Source: Leidyana gryllorum EB-2025a
Lineage: Eukaryota > Protista > Apicomplexa
Direction of reading: 5' to 3'
NCBI GenBank assembly: GCA_048772705.1
Contig: JBLWGC010000205.1
Coordinates: forward strand, 1 to 64,000
DNA: 64,000 bases
Below, piece after piece: positions 1-14,914 of the stretch (position 1 is its first letter; every line of letters starts with the position of its first letter). The notes under the pieces are model-generated. The model was not told the DNA's origin. It saw only the letters and a list, made by a program, of their open reading frames with translations, and searched no databases. The translations under genes were made by a program, and so were the position numbers.

Positions 1-2450
1 GTTATGTACATCTACTTCGTCGAGTATGCACCGGCAATTAACGATAATACAACAAGCGTAAGTAGTTTTCAGTTCTACGTGAAACGCTTTCGCGTTTTCG
101 TCGCTACGATCCGGAGTCATCAACTTGGGACTCATATAAATGTAGAAAGCGGTTATGCAATGGATCGCAGCCTTCAACTGCTCAATGACATCCGGATTGA
201 TACGAATGGTCGGCATGTCGTCGTCATCGTCGTCATCATCATCGTCCTCCTGGAGCTGCTGCTGCTGCTGTTGACGACCCTCGTCTCCATCAGCAGCCCC
301 CTCGCCGGCAACCGCAGTCTCATCGGCAGCCAAGGCGCTGGCAAACGCACAGGCCATAACGGCCGGTGCAACAGCCGCCACAGCGTCACCAGAAGCTTTG
401 ACCAAATGAGTAAAGAACCGGAAACAGGCGCCCCGGATGTCAATGAGTTCGTTGTCTTCTTCGTCCTCCTCGTCTTCTGAAGCCACAGCCCCAATCCCAG
501 CGGCAGCACCCGCCACATTGGCAGTTGCGGCATCAGCAGTTCCCTTCTCTTTGGCACGAGCCTCAGCAGTCGCGATGGTTTGAGATAAGACATTGTAAAC
601 AAAATTGGCCATCTGCTCGCGCTCGGTGTGCTGCTCAGGCCGCATAGCAGTGACCAGTTGACTCGCCAACTCGATGGCTTTCGCTCTCAATCCCAACATT
701 TGATCTCCAGTCGCAGCCAATGCGGTCTGTTGCTGGGAGATCTCCAAAATTAGATTGGTCACCCGATCCCGGTAGGGCTCAAACTCGCCTTTCGCAGTCG
801 AAGCCACTCCGCCAATGCAGCACAAAGCGCCAGACTTGGCCTCCTCCTTAATGCACAGCCGGAAAGTGTCCTCCATCATACACACAATGCTGTCGATGGA
901 ACCACTAATCATATTAGCCTCGGCCTCAGTCACAAAGACTTCAAGAGCATAGCACAATCGACTGATCAACTCCTCCAATCGACCCAAAGGACCGTTCATA
1001 TCGGTAATGTTAGAGGCCGCTGCCTGTCTGCGTGCCATCAGAGCTTCCTGAAGGGCAACAATCAGATGCTGGACAGCGACAGTGGCTCCCCTCATGACAT
1101 CGGGTTGGAGGAACTGGCCAAATTGGCCCAAAGCCAGGGCCGCGCTCGATCGAACGAGCTCTGACGGGTGTTTCAGCAACTCCAAACCCTTATTCATATA
1201 TTCCTGACTGTTCTTCTTCATCAGCTGCGCGCACCCTTCGGCAATGACACCCAAAATGACCACAGCTCCCCTCTGTGACCAGACGTTGCCAACATCGGCC
1301 AGTTTGGGAGTCAAATGTTCCAGAACCACCTCCAGGAAGAGACTGCTGGGCATATTGACGCTGAGCTGATCCATGCAGCTGCAGGCGAGGATATACTGAC
1401 TCAAGTCACCACTGTCGTCCGAGTTGGAAGTGCCCACAGTTGCGTCAGACTCGGGCTCGCAAGCCATATAGATGACAGCCCGAACCAAACCGTTGAGGAG
1501 GTCGCGATTCTTATAGATGTGTTTGGGCAAATGCTCAGCAACAGATTGGACGAAGCGGAACGCTTGATCCTTGACGTTGAGAGAGCAAGTTTTGCTCATG
1601 CACACGTGTTCGACAACCCCAGGGAGGATGGCCAGGATGTCTGCGTCAGTGAAAGAGTTTTTGTCCTCTGACATTTCATTGAAGACCTCCAGAATGCCGG
1701 AGACAACGTTCTCGAGACTGTTCTGAGCGGCCAATTTGAGGGTAGAATTGAGTCGAGGAAGGAGACTTCGTCGGATCTCATAGAATTCAGGCGCTCCTTT
1801 CTTCTCAACGGAGGCGGCAATACCTCGGAGGGCAGCGACGAGAACTTTGGCGCTCTCAGTATCCTCCAGTCCCCGATTGAAGCAGTCGAGCATTCTGACG
1901 TAACACGAGGGCTGACCAGCCATGAGCTCCTCCTCTGGGACGGTATCCATGAGACTGCGCAGAATAACTTGGCCACTCTCGCGGTGAGCGGTGCTGGGGC
2001 TCGCGATCAGTTGTTCCTGGATGAGTTGCAAAAGTTGCTGACCGCTCTCCGAGAAGGTGACACGGCCAATGGCAGCGCAGAGATGCGCAATGGAGCCTCT
2101 GACAGACTCTACGGGCTCCTCCAGAAGCCTCTTGAGGACATTGTTCCAAACTTGAGTACTCTCGGTGGTGCTGAAGAGGGACCAAACCCGAAGGATACGT
2201 CTGCGTAGAATAATGCAGGCGATCTCGCGGACCTCTGGTTTGGGGTTCTCAAAGACATGGAAACTCAAAGCCAAAGCATAGTCTTTCTATGGAGGGAGAA
2301 TTGAGGTTCGATGAAAGCAAAGCGAGGTCTCACTTGGTCGTTCGGCGCGGCGGCGTCTCCGAATCGTCGGAGCTCACTGGAGGCTTGCGCTTGAGCTTTG
2401 GGATCGAGGGCAGCTTCAAGTAGCTGGCCTATCCGCTGCACGTCCACCAT
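1..2450 (-). CDS. IPO4: Importin-4/KAP123-like importin-beta family HEAT protein (3' end outside window)
   Basis: Exon 1 MVDVQRIGQLLEAALDP... (2450-2334), 47-nt GT-AG intron 2333-2287, then an open frame to base 1 (absent from the ORF track because it has no stop). It contains an IBN_N-like 'EVREIACIILRRRI' and 'GAVVILGVIAEGC...HPSELVRSSAALALGQFGQFLQP', plus acidic loops. Confidence 0.8.
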
Positions 2451-2497
2451 CGAATTTTTGGCACCAAACAACAAGTTTGCCGACCCGTTCAAGACCG

Positions 2498-3131
2498 ATG
2501 ACCCAGGTACCCGACTATGCCCAGGCGTTCATGAACGGCACCCGAGCTGTTTTTGAGAGATGGTATGACTACGGACTGACTGATTGACTCCTTTTCATCG
2601 CCCTTTTTCAGGACAGCGCTCAACTTGGCCGTTGAACAAGGATGGGGTGGACGGAATTCGAGACAAAAGATGATCGAGATGTGGCAACAGATGATCGACT
2701 TCTATAGACCCACAGCTAGTCCTCAGGGCAAACGCATCAGCAACAATGCTGATTTGTTGGCAGATTGGTTGGCAGAACAGATGGAAAGACGATTTGGGGT
2801 CGATCTCGATGATGACAGCCACGTTGAGGTCGCGGAAATGGTCTGTAAACTCTGGCAGAGCGCCCTCAGAGGCGACCATCAGACTCTGATGAATGAGGTA
2901 AGCACCTTCAATCACACAGAACGCACTCCATTCGCTCCAAAAAAGATTAACGCCCACGCCACCGGCGGAGCCGCTGCCTCCCATCTGCAGACCTTCGGCA
3001 TAGACGCCGAACAAGAACATCATATGGGCGAAGGAGAGGGAGGATCGCAACAACAACAAGAGGACAGTACCAGCGACTGCAGCAGCAGCGACGGCTACGC
3101 CAGCGAGTCGGAATTATGCATCCAACCATGA
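2498..3131 (+). CDS. TSR2: Pre-rRNA-processing protein TSR2 (WGG domain)
   Basis: Spliced MTQVPDYAQAF...VFERW/TALNLAVEQGWGG (intron 2563-2611), 'DLDDDSHVEVAEMVCKLW', acidic tail. Confidence 0.85.
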
Positions 3132-3302
3132 TGACACTAAATAATGTAAATTGTCCTCAGCATCAAGCATCACAATAAAGGCGGCCCGGCCGCCAACCAG
3201 ACAACCGACACATTGACAAACAGACAGACAGACAGACGACAATATTTCCTGAGATCACGACACAACTTCTGACTCCAATCTTCTTTGGGTCCGAATATAT
3301 AC

Positions 3303-3403
3303 GTGTGTGCGTGTGCGTGTGCGTGTGTGTGTGTGTTGGTCGTGAATATATCTCTCTCTCTTTCTCATCTCGTTCCTCTTCTCTCTCTCTCTCCGTGTCT
3401 GTC
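3303..3403. repeat. Compound (GT/GC)n and (CT)n microsatellite
   Basis: gtgtgtgcgtgtgcgtgt... followed by tctctctc tracts between the convergent TSR2 and PKG genes. Confidence 0.8.
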
Positions 3404-3714
3404 ACTCGGTCTCGATGCGAGTGGCGGCGGGAACAATGAAAGACTGACCTCCATTTTAGGCAAACCAATACAGTGGCCAAGCTTCCCCAAGTGAAAGACA
3501 GCTTCTTGACTCTCTCATCAGGTAGGTGGTCGTCCATATATCGTGGGTCCGACCCTTAATAATACTTTGTTCATCTCGCGATCGGCATTTGATGGGAGAA
3601 AAGAAGATCTCTGGGGCGTTCACAGTCAATGGGATACCCAGCCGGCCGACGGTCCGTGAGTAGTCAGTCAATCTCTCTCACTCAGTCAGTCAGTCACTCA
3701 CAAGCAGTCTCTGA

Positions 3715-7201
<3,487 letters not shown>

Positions 7202-7259
7202 TAGTCCAAGACGCTCGGCATGCACATACGCCCGACCTTTTCTGCACCTTTTTTCCATC

Positions 7260-10200
7260 ATGAAGCTTTGGTGTTTGCTGGTCACCAGCGTTCTTGCGGC
7301 ACACCGAAACAACTTTCGCACATGTGACCAGTCTCCAAGCTGCAAGCGGTACACTCATTTCTATAATGAGAAATCGGCTCCGGGCTGGAAGGTTTCGGGT
7401 CACTCCATAAGGGCCAGCGGTGTCGATTTTCAGCTCACCAACAAGGCCCAGAGACCCGACACCATCCCCGACACCCCCGTATCGGCTTCGCTCTCACTGT
7501 ACTCTGCTGGGTTTCTGCGTCTCAAGTTGACTGAAGACCCCAAGTCGCTGCCTGCCAATGTACGCCCGCGTTTTGAGACGCCTAAAGAGGATGTCGTCCT
7601 CGACTCCTACATAGACTCCACCATGCGGATTGATTTGACGGCCGTTCAGGACGCCAGTCGTAAAACTGCTGTCACGGAGACGTCTGAAGGCATTGAGATT
7701 TCCTTCCGAGGGAGTCTGCCCGAGTTGCCCGGGTTGTCGACTTTGGACCAGGCGGATGATGTGGACATTCGTGTTCAGATCGACTTTGACCCGTTCCGAG
7801 TGGCCTTCTTTGTCGATGGCGGGTTGGCCGCTGTAATGAACGCCGAGAACGCTCTGAACTTTGAGGTGGGACGCGTTAGACAGGGCAATGATGTCGGGAC
7901 GCCGTCTCATCAACGCGACGCTTCTGGGTATCTGAGCGACAATCTGTGGGAATGTTCGTTCGCCAACCAGTTCGAGCAGATCCCGGAAGGTCCTCGGGGA
8001 GTCGGAATGGACATTTCGTATTGCAATGTGGGCTCAATGCACGGGTTGGCCGAACACGCTGTGGCGTGGGACCTGCCAGACCAGTTCCCCGAGGCGTTGG
8101 ATCAGAACGAACCATATCGGTTTTGGAACGTGGATGTCTTTGCGTACGAGTTGGACACGCCGATGGCAACGTATGTGTCGCAACCAGTGCTGCAAACAGT
8201 GCACAGTGTTGATATTGCGACCCGCAACGCCACCGTCTCGAGTACAATGTGGCTAAACTCGGCCGAGACATATGTCAAGTTGAACAGGAGCACTCCGAAG
8301 ACTTTGGTCTACAAAGATGTGCAGTGTCCGAGCACCTCGACTTGGTGGATGTCGGAGACGGGAGCGTTGGATGTAATGTTGTTCGGTTCGCACAGTGTCT
8401 CTGAAGCAGTGCGAAAGTTACATGAAGCCACTGGAAAGATGCCACTGCAGCAAATGAACGCTCTTGGGATTCACCAGAGTCGATGGAACTACGAGAATGA
8501 ACGGGACGTCCAATTTGTCAGTGACCATTATGACGAAGCCGGTCTCCCGTTGGATTACATCTGGTTGGATATCGATCACACTGTGCACCGGAAATACTTT
8601 ACGTGGAACTCAGATTTCCCCACCCCACAGAATATGGTCGATAGACTGGCAGCGTCAAAGAGGAATATGGTGCTGATTGTGGACCCCCACGTCAAAGCCG
8701 AGAATGGGTATCCAGTTTTCGAGGCTATGCGTAAAGCCAATGTGTTTGTGACCACATCTGATGGAGACGACTTTGAGGCGTGGTGTTGGCCGGGGAATTC
8801 CCGCTACCCGGACGTTCTCCGTGCGGAGGCTCGGAATGTATTTGTCGACTTTTACAGACCCGACAAATGGGTGGGCACCAAACCGAGTCCTCCGGGACCA
8901 TTTTTGCCCAGCAAACAATTCGCCAAATGGCTCAATAGCGCATCCCACGTGCAACTCTGGAACGACATGAATGAGCCTTCTGTCTTTAACAAGGCGGAGG
9001 TGACCATTCCGAGAGACATTCTGCATCTCGTAAGTACAGTGGAGACCGACCGGAAACTGCAACAACGATCCTCTGTTGCAGAAAGGACAGGTTGAGCATC
9101 GGGCTGTCCACAATCTGTACGGCATTTATTACACACGGGCGACATTCGAAGGGTTGCGAGAGGCTCGAAGAGATAATCGTCGCCCCTTTGTTCTGACACG
9201 CGGTGGATCTATCGGAAGTCAGCGATACGGAGCCGTTTGGACCGGAGATAACGCAGCAAGATGGGACCATATGGCAATGTCGATACCGATGATCCTTCAT
9301 CTCGCCGCTTGTGGATGGGACTTCACGGGAGCCGATACCGGTGGCTTCTTTGATAACACCGCACCCGATCTGATGGCCCGCTGGACACAGCTCGCCGCCT
9401 GGTATCCTTTCTACCGGTATCACGCGACCCTCGGAACCACTCGACGGGAGCCCTACTTGTTGCCGGACCGGGAACGAGAACTCGCCGGGTGAGCGACCAA
9501 TGACCTCTCACTACGCTATGAAATCCCAACAGAATCGCTATGCGACAGCGGTATAAGCTGCTGCCTTTTTGGTACACTCTAATGGCCCGAAGTGCGCTCT
9601 TTGGTCTTCCGATGGTGTCATCGGTCGGAGACTTTGAGTTGCGTCAGCGGAGAGTCTCGAGCACCGCCTCAGCCCCGAGTTCCCTCGACTTTTTGGCTCG
9701 CGACGACGGATATATAGTGGGAGACACATTCTTTGTCCGTCCCATTGTCCTTCCAGCCGAAGAGTTGTTGGGGAGTGCCGAACAGATGAGTCCAGTGACT
9801 CGCAAAGCTCGCACCTTTGTCCTCCCGGGAACCGAGAAGACCACTTGGTGGTGTCTGTGGAGCAACGAGCGTGTTGGACGCGGTGGACAGCCCGTCCACA
9901 TCCCAATCGGGGCAGACTCGACGTCACCAATGTATCTATACAGCCCGATCCTCGTCAGAAGTGGTTCCATAGTTCCCACCAAGGAACGCCAGCGACGTTC
10001 CAGCGAGGCAGCGCGTTTCGATCCTTACACAGTGAGACTGCGCCCAATTAGAATCTCTCTCAATGTCTCTTAACTCAGTTGAGTGTCTATCTGGACGGTG
10101 ACGGAGCATTGAGTGCCGAAGGACAGGTGATGTTGGACGATTGGCTGTCGGAAGACGCAGTCACAAAGGGAGACTTTGTGTGGGTGAATCTGAAAGCTTT

Positions 10201-10530
10201 CAGGTCGCCGGCCAACAAATTCGTCATTCACGTCGCCAATGTCAGAGGACGCGACGCGAATTGGAAAGATAAACAAAATACCGACAGTGAGTCTCTTTCT
10301 CTCTCTCTGTCTCTCGGAGTTGTCGACGTTGTCTCGCAGTTGAAAGGGTTACAGTTGTTGGGCTACACGAGTCGAATGTGGTCAATGGATGGAGACTGAT
10401 CATTGGAGATCACGACGCTGGCGCACTGAGAAGCTCTGTTGGGGGTGGAGGAGAGATCATTCTGAAGATGCCGAAAAATTTGAGTTTGATCTCAGCGGAT
10501 TGGCGGATTGAAGCTGAGATTAAACCATAA
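7260..10530 (+). CDS. GANAB: Glucosidase II alpha subunit (GH31), multi-exon
   Basis: Signal peptide then 'NFRTCDQSPSCKR', HQSRWNY, DYIWLDIDH, catalytic WNDMNEPSVFN, WTGDN, last exon IERVTVVG...ADWRIEAEIKP-stop. Confidence 0.92.
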
Positions 10531-11053
10531 ATGACGACCGAAGAGGATCTCCCTCAGACTGATGATGAGCTCGAAGAAGATTACTTTGTCATGTTAGACT
10601 TCCCAGAACTCCACAGTATGAACGCCGAAGCCACTTTTCAGTCCATTGAGCTGCACGTAAGTCTCATAAGCCGTCACCGAAAACAGAACAGACTTTTCCC
10701 AACAGAATCTGAACTCCATTGAACCCTCTGTGATACTCGATGGACGATTCCCTCTACGGGGACATCACACTGCTCCCGTCGGCACCAATCTCTTCTTTCA
10801 AGTGGCTGAAAGGGAAGTCAGCCGTGCGGACGTCGCTGGACTACGCCTTGTCCTAAAAGCGGGAGGCACTGAGACTGCTGTTCCAGAAGTTGCCTCCTCA
10901 ACTGCTCACTTCTCAACTATAGATGTTGTCGGCACTTCAACCAAAACTATCGTTATGGAATTAGCGCTGCCAAAGAACGAGTCGGAACTAGTTTTGCCCC
11001 ATGCACTCCTTTCGGACCTCCAATCTGGCCTGCCCTCACCTCCCGATCAATAA
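10531..11053 (+). CDS. TFIIIC subunit 6 (Tfc7/TFIIIC35 triple-barrel)-like protein
   Basis: Acidic N-terminus 'EEDYFVMLDFPEL', then after a short intron 'NLNSIEPSVILDGRFPLRGHHTAPVGTNLFF', matching the pattern I recall for the family. Confidence 0.6.
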
Positions 11054-11120
11054 ACAGGAAACCATCATAAAGGGCACAGGCGAACCGTCTTTTAGCTGAA
11101 ACCTCCCCAACTTTTACCCA

Positions 11121-11885
11121 ATGGCCCGAAACAAAAAAGAGGTCACTACAGAATGGTGGACTGAGTTCGAGACTGCGAGACCAAAACTCACACACGAACA
11201 CGGATTCAACAAACACTTCGCCGCAGGCCCCATCGACAATTCGCAACAAGTTGAGATTGTCCTTCTCCCCGTCGGAAATGCTGATTTCCCCACAGGATCC
11301 GTCATCGCCGGAGACCCTCTAGCGGCCATCGACGAGGATGATACACCTTTCGCGCAAAAAGTCCCACCCGGCTCTTATCCCGTCGAAATCGCCGTCGCAA
11401 CTGGACCCCCAATCATGCGATATATTGCTTCCCGCATAAAGATCAAAAGTACACCCGCCCTCTATTGGGAGAATGCCGTCCCTGAAGGCGCCGATCTCAG
11501 CGACATCAACAATGGAGATAGACGCTTTGGCTTCCCGGTAGACGCCGGCATGGCATGCGTCATGGACTCCAAAACCAGGGATCACTACTGTAAATGGCGA
11601 GATACCTTCAAGGAAAATATCTACGACGACTACTTCGAGGACAAACTCGAAGAAAACTACAAAAACGCTCCTCAATATCAAAGAAAAGGTGGTGATTGGC
11701 TCACCGTCGAAGTCCCAGACTCTGGTGGCCTACACTTTGTCATCCATGCCAGCGGATGGGGTGATGGCTTCTATCCTGTCTACATGGGCTATGACCACGA
11801 AGGCCAAGTATGCGAGATTGTTACCGAATTCATCAGCTGGGAAAGTCTCGAGTTAACTATAAAACCCACCAAACCTTCCCAATAG
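11121..11885 (+). CDS. DUF4241 family protein, bacterial type, intronless
   Basis: FPTGSVIAGDPL, PPGSYPVEIAV, FGFPVDAGMACVMD and C-terminal SGWGDGFYPVY (GDG motif of DUF4241). 254 aa. Confidence 0.85.
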   Translation: MARNKKEVTTEWWTEFETARPKLTHEHGFNKHFAAGPIDNSQQVEIVLLPVGNADFPTGSVIAGDPLAAIDEDDTPFAQKVPPGSYPVEIAVATGPPIMRYIASRIKIKSTPALYWENAVPEGADLSDINNGDRRFGFPVDAGMACVMDSKTRDHYCKWRDTFKENIYDDYFEDKLEENYKNAPQYQRKGGDWLTVEVPDSGGLHFVIHASGWGDGFYPVYMGYDHEGQVCEIVTEFISWESLELTIKPTKPSQ

Positions 11886-12475
11886 CTCTCACACTTTTTT
11901 CCAAACCGACAGATCCCAATACACAGCCCACGCCGATATAATTGCCTCCTGGCCACCCTCGTACGCAAAGGTAAATCGACTTCTCCCCGAATCAGGACCG
12001 ACATAAAAGAAGTGCCTAGAGCTCCCCCTAACCCTACTGTCATTCACAGATCCGATATATACGTTGAAGCGCCAGCTCGTCTCAGTCTCTATAGATTCGT
12101 TTCGGTCAATTTCACACTCAAAGTAAACGCGCGCGTTCAATGTGGTCAGTCAAGATTGGATCACACATATCACTGCCAGCTCCTCAGCCAGTCGATATAC
12201 ATTACGCCAAAGGGACAGACCACTGTGCAGCCTGGAGTGAGTGTATACAACTTGGTGAGGGAGTGCTCATCTTCAATAGTCAGCACAACATCAAATCTCG
12301 TCAAGCAGACTCTTCCTTGAGTCAACCACTCAGGCCACAGGCAATCGATAAGTGTGGATACGCTCGCGTAGGGGGATCATGGATAAGGATCAACACAGTA
12401 AATCACTATACTAAACTATTTGCATTTGATATGTCGTCCGCTACCTTCAAACGACACCTTCAGCTATTACTTCTT

Positions 12476-14731
12476 TCAGCATTCGTCATCCATGCAGTCG
12501 CTGATGGAGTAGCAGTCATCGCACTCAGACTCGACGAAGCAGGGGCAGTCAGGGCAGTCAGGGACGCAGCCCTCAGGGACACTCTTAGTGGTCGAAGCGG
12601 CCACGGGCGCGGTAGTGGTAGATCCGGCGGCCTCAGTAGAACCAACCGGGGTCACAGAGACCTCGCCCGAGGGAGTGGGAGTGGTGGTAGAAGCACCAGC
12701 TTCAGAGGGAGTGGTGGTCGAGGCACCAGCTTCAGAAGGAGTGGTAGTCGAGGCACCAGCTTCAGAAGGAGTGGTTGTCGAGGCACCAGCTTCAGACGGA
12801 GTGGTAGTAGAGGCACCAGCTTCAGCAGGAGTGGTGGTAGAGGCACCAGCTTCAGACGGAGTGGTGGTAGAGGCACCAGCTTCAGACGGAGTGGTGGTAG
12901 AGGCACCAGCTTCAGACGGAGTGGTGGTAGAGGCACCAGCTTCCGAAGGAGTGGTGGTGGAGGCGCCAGCTTCAGAAGGAGTGGTAGTCGAGGCACCAGC
13001 TTCAGAAGGAGTGGTAGTCGAGGCACCAGATTCAGAAGGAGTGGTAGTCGAGGCCCCAGCTTCAGACGGAGTGGTGGTAGAGGCACCAGCTTCCGAAGGA
13101 GTGGTGGTGGAGGCACCAGCTTCAGAAGGAGTGGTAGTCGAGGCACCAGCTTCAGAAGGAGTGGTAGTCGAGGCACCAGCTTCAGAAGGAGTGGTAGTCG
13201 AGGCGCCAGCTTCAAAAGGAGTGGTAGTCGAGGCACCAGCTTCAGAAGGAGTGGTAGTCGAGGCACCAGCTTCAGACGGAGTGGTAGTAGAGGCACCAGC
13301 TTCAGAGGCAGTAGTAGTCGAGGCACCAGCTTCAGAAGGAGTGGTAGTAGAGGCACCAGCTTCCGCAGGAGTGGTGGTAGAGGCACCAGCTTCAGCAGGC
13401 GTGGTAGTCGAGGCACCAGGAACAGTGGTCATGAGACCAGAAGCGGCGCTGCTGCTCTCACCTGCCTCCGGTGTGCTGGACTCAAGAACGATGTCGGTGG
13501 TGCTCTCGCCAGTAGTGAGGTCAGTGCTTTCGAGGAGAACGGTGGTCTCGGTTTGGGTTGTGCCTGCAAGAGTGACAGTCAGGGCAGGTACAGTTGACGT
13601 CGCGGTGCCAACAGCTGATGTAGTCATCGAAGCGGTGGCAGTCAGCGCAGTGTCAGACTGAGCAGTCATCTGCGTGAGAACGGCTGGAGTAGTGTTGTCG
13701 TCAACAACAGCCGGTGTAGTGGTGGCCGCCACAGGAACGGTTGTGGTGAGGGCGAAATCGGTAACTGAAGTACCCTCTTCAGTGTTGACGGGGGCAGTAC
13801 TGGTAGTGTCGGGTTCCACGCAAGTCTCGGTGGGGCATTCGGGCTCAGGAGTAGTGGTGGTCCAGCTCGGCCGGGTGAAATCACAAACTTCAGTAACTTC
13901 GCGGCGGCAGAAAGCAGGTCCGGTCACGTGCGAAGAAGAGTGGAAAATGCATCGAGGCTCACAACCGCAGTAGAGGCAAGTTTGATCTTCCAAGAGGTTG
14001 AATGACGGACGGGGGAAAGAAATGGAAGCACACTCGCCCACTGCAGGAACGTTGCAGTATTCCGTAGGGTTTCCGAACGAGCTGGGGACTGGATCGGTAA
14101 CGACGTGATACATGAATTGCTCATCATACAAGATGCAAGTATGAGGCTCGTTCTGGAAGTCGCTTGTCGCTTCATGATCAGGCACAGCTCTCCACACGAA
14201 CGAAGCACACTCCGGGACATCTTGACAGAGTTCTTGGCATCTCGCAGCAGTTGCCACGTTCTCGAAGAGCTTGAGAGGAGCCCTTTGAACTCCTGCGGGA
14301 TTGTAATCAGACCAGCCGAACACGTTGTTGGAGTAGCAAGCGCCTGCCAGGGTAGCGACAGCAAAATCGAAGTCGACCACAACTTCGAGAGCACACTCCT
14401 TCAGGTAATCGGTCATGGTGAGCAATCCGGCGACAACTTCAGAACACTTTCCCGCGCAATGGCTGTTATGTAGGCCCTCGGTGACGGACACAGCAAAGTC
14501 ACACTGCTTCTCCACCAGAGTACGTCCCTTGTAAGAGCAGTACTCATACTCCGACTCAACGAAGGCTTCGAGGCAGTTCTCTTCTGTCAAAAAGGTCTGC
14601 ATGCCGAAATCCTGTTCCTCGCAACGGCAGGCACCATCTTCACCGTAGGGCCAAGTGAAAACCCAGTCAGCCTCTGCGGGGGAGGAGGCGAGGACTGTGG
14701 TGGCAATGAGGCTGAAAGTAGTGGAAGGCAT
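12476..14731 (-). CDS. Secreted Cys-rich PAN/apple-domain mucin-like protein
   Basis: Hydrophobic N-terminus, apple-like 'VATAARCQELCQDVPECASFVW...CILY', Thr-rich stalk with (GASTTTPSEA)n, 8-Cys acidic tail. Single exon, 751 aa. Confidence 0.85.
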   Translation of the reverse strand: MPSTTFSLIATTVLASSPAEADWVFTWPYGEDGACRCEEQDFGMQTFLTEENCLEAFVESEYEYCSYKGRTLVEKQCDFAVSVTEGLHNSHCAGKCSEVVAGLLTMTDYLKECALEVVVDFDFAVATLAGACYSNNVFGWSDYNPAGVQRAPLKLFENVATAARCQELCQDVPECASFVWRAVPDHEATSDFQNEPHTCILYDEQFMYHVVTDPVPSSFGNPTEYCNVPAVGECASISFPRPSFNLLEDQTCLYCGCEPRCIFHSSSHVTGPAFCRREVTEVCDFTRPSWTTTTPEPECPTETCVEPDTTSTAPVNTEEGTSVTDFALTTTVPVAATTTPAVVDDNTTPAVLTQMTAQSDTALTATASMTTSAVGTATSTVPALTVTLAGTTQTETTVLLESTDLTTGESTTDIVLESSTPEAGESSSAASGLMTTVPGASTTTPAEAGASTTTPAEAGASTTTPSEAGASTTTASEAGASTTTPSEAGASTTTPSEAGASTTTPFEAGASTTTPSEAGASTTTPSEAGASTTTPSEAGASTTTPSEAGASTTTPSEAGASTTTPSESGASTTTPSEAGASTTTPSEAGASTTTPSEAGASTTTPSEAGASTTTPSEAGASTTTPSEAGASTTTPAEAGASTTTPSEAGASTTTPSEAGASTTTPSEAGASTTTPSEAGASTTTPTPSGEVSVTPVGSTEAAGSTTTAPVAASTTKSVPEGCVPDCPDCPCFVESECDDCYSISDCMDDEC
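12678..13419. repeat. 30-bp coding minisatellite, about 24-25 copies
   Basis: Unit approx. ggagtggtagtcgaggcaccagcttcagaa, varying mostly at synonymous positions of the minus-strand frame (GASTTTPSEA). Confidence 0.95.
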
Positions 14732-14914
14732 TGGTAGTATGGTAGAGAACTCTTGAAATGCAAATACAACTTCAAATGTAGCCCAAAAGCTCGGGCACTG
14801 AGTTGAGAGAGAGAGAGTGAGAGAAGAAAGCGGATGTTGATTTCTGATTGTATATCGGCATGTAGTCTTTGTGTGCGATCAGCGGAGACAGATCAAACGG
14901 GCAGATCTCAATAA

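Noticed and set aside
3132-3714. Short ORFs and a possible ncRNA in the TSR2/PKG spacer
   Set aside because: ORFs derive from microsatellites, and no tRNA, snRNA or SRP signature was recognised.
11889-12400. Protein-like minus-strand fragments between DUF4241 and the mucin
   Set aside because: No ATG or in-frame splice path could be built. It may be a pseudogene remnant but is not supportable.
12678-13419. Regular 30-bp array resembling a CRISPR
   Set aside because: No unique spacers, it lies in a coding frame, and there are no cas genes.
12140-13661. Long plus-strand ORFs (485 aa R/S/G-rich; 357 aa VVVEAPAS) and a 254 aa Leu/Pro frame
   Set aside because: Shadows of the stop-free 30-bp repeat. 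Variation is mostly synonymous in the mucin frame, which alone has a signal and folded domains.
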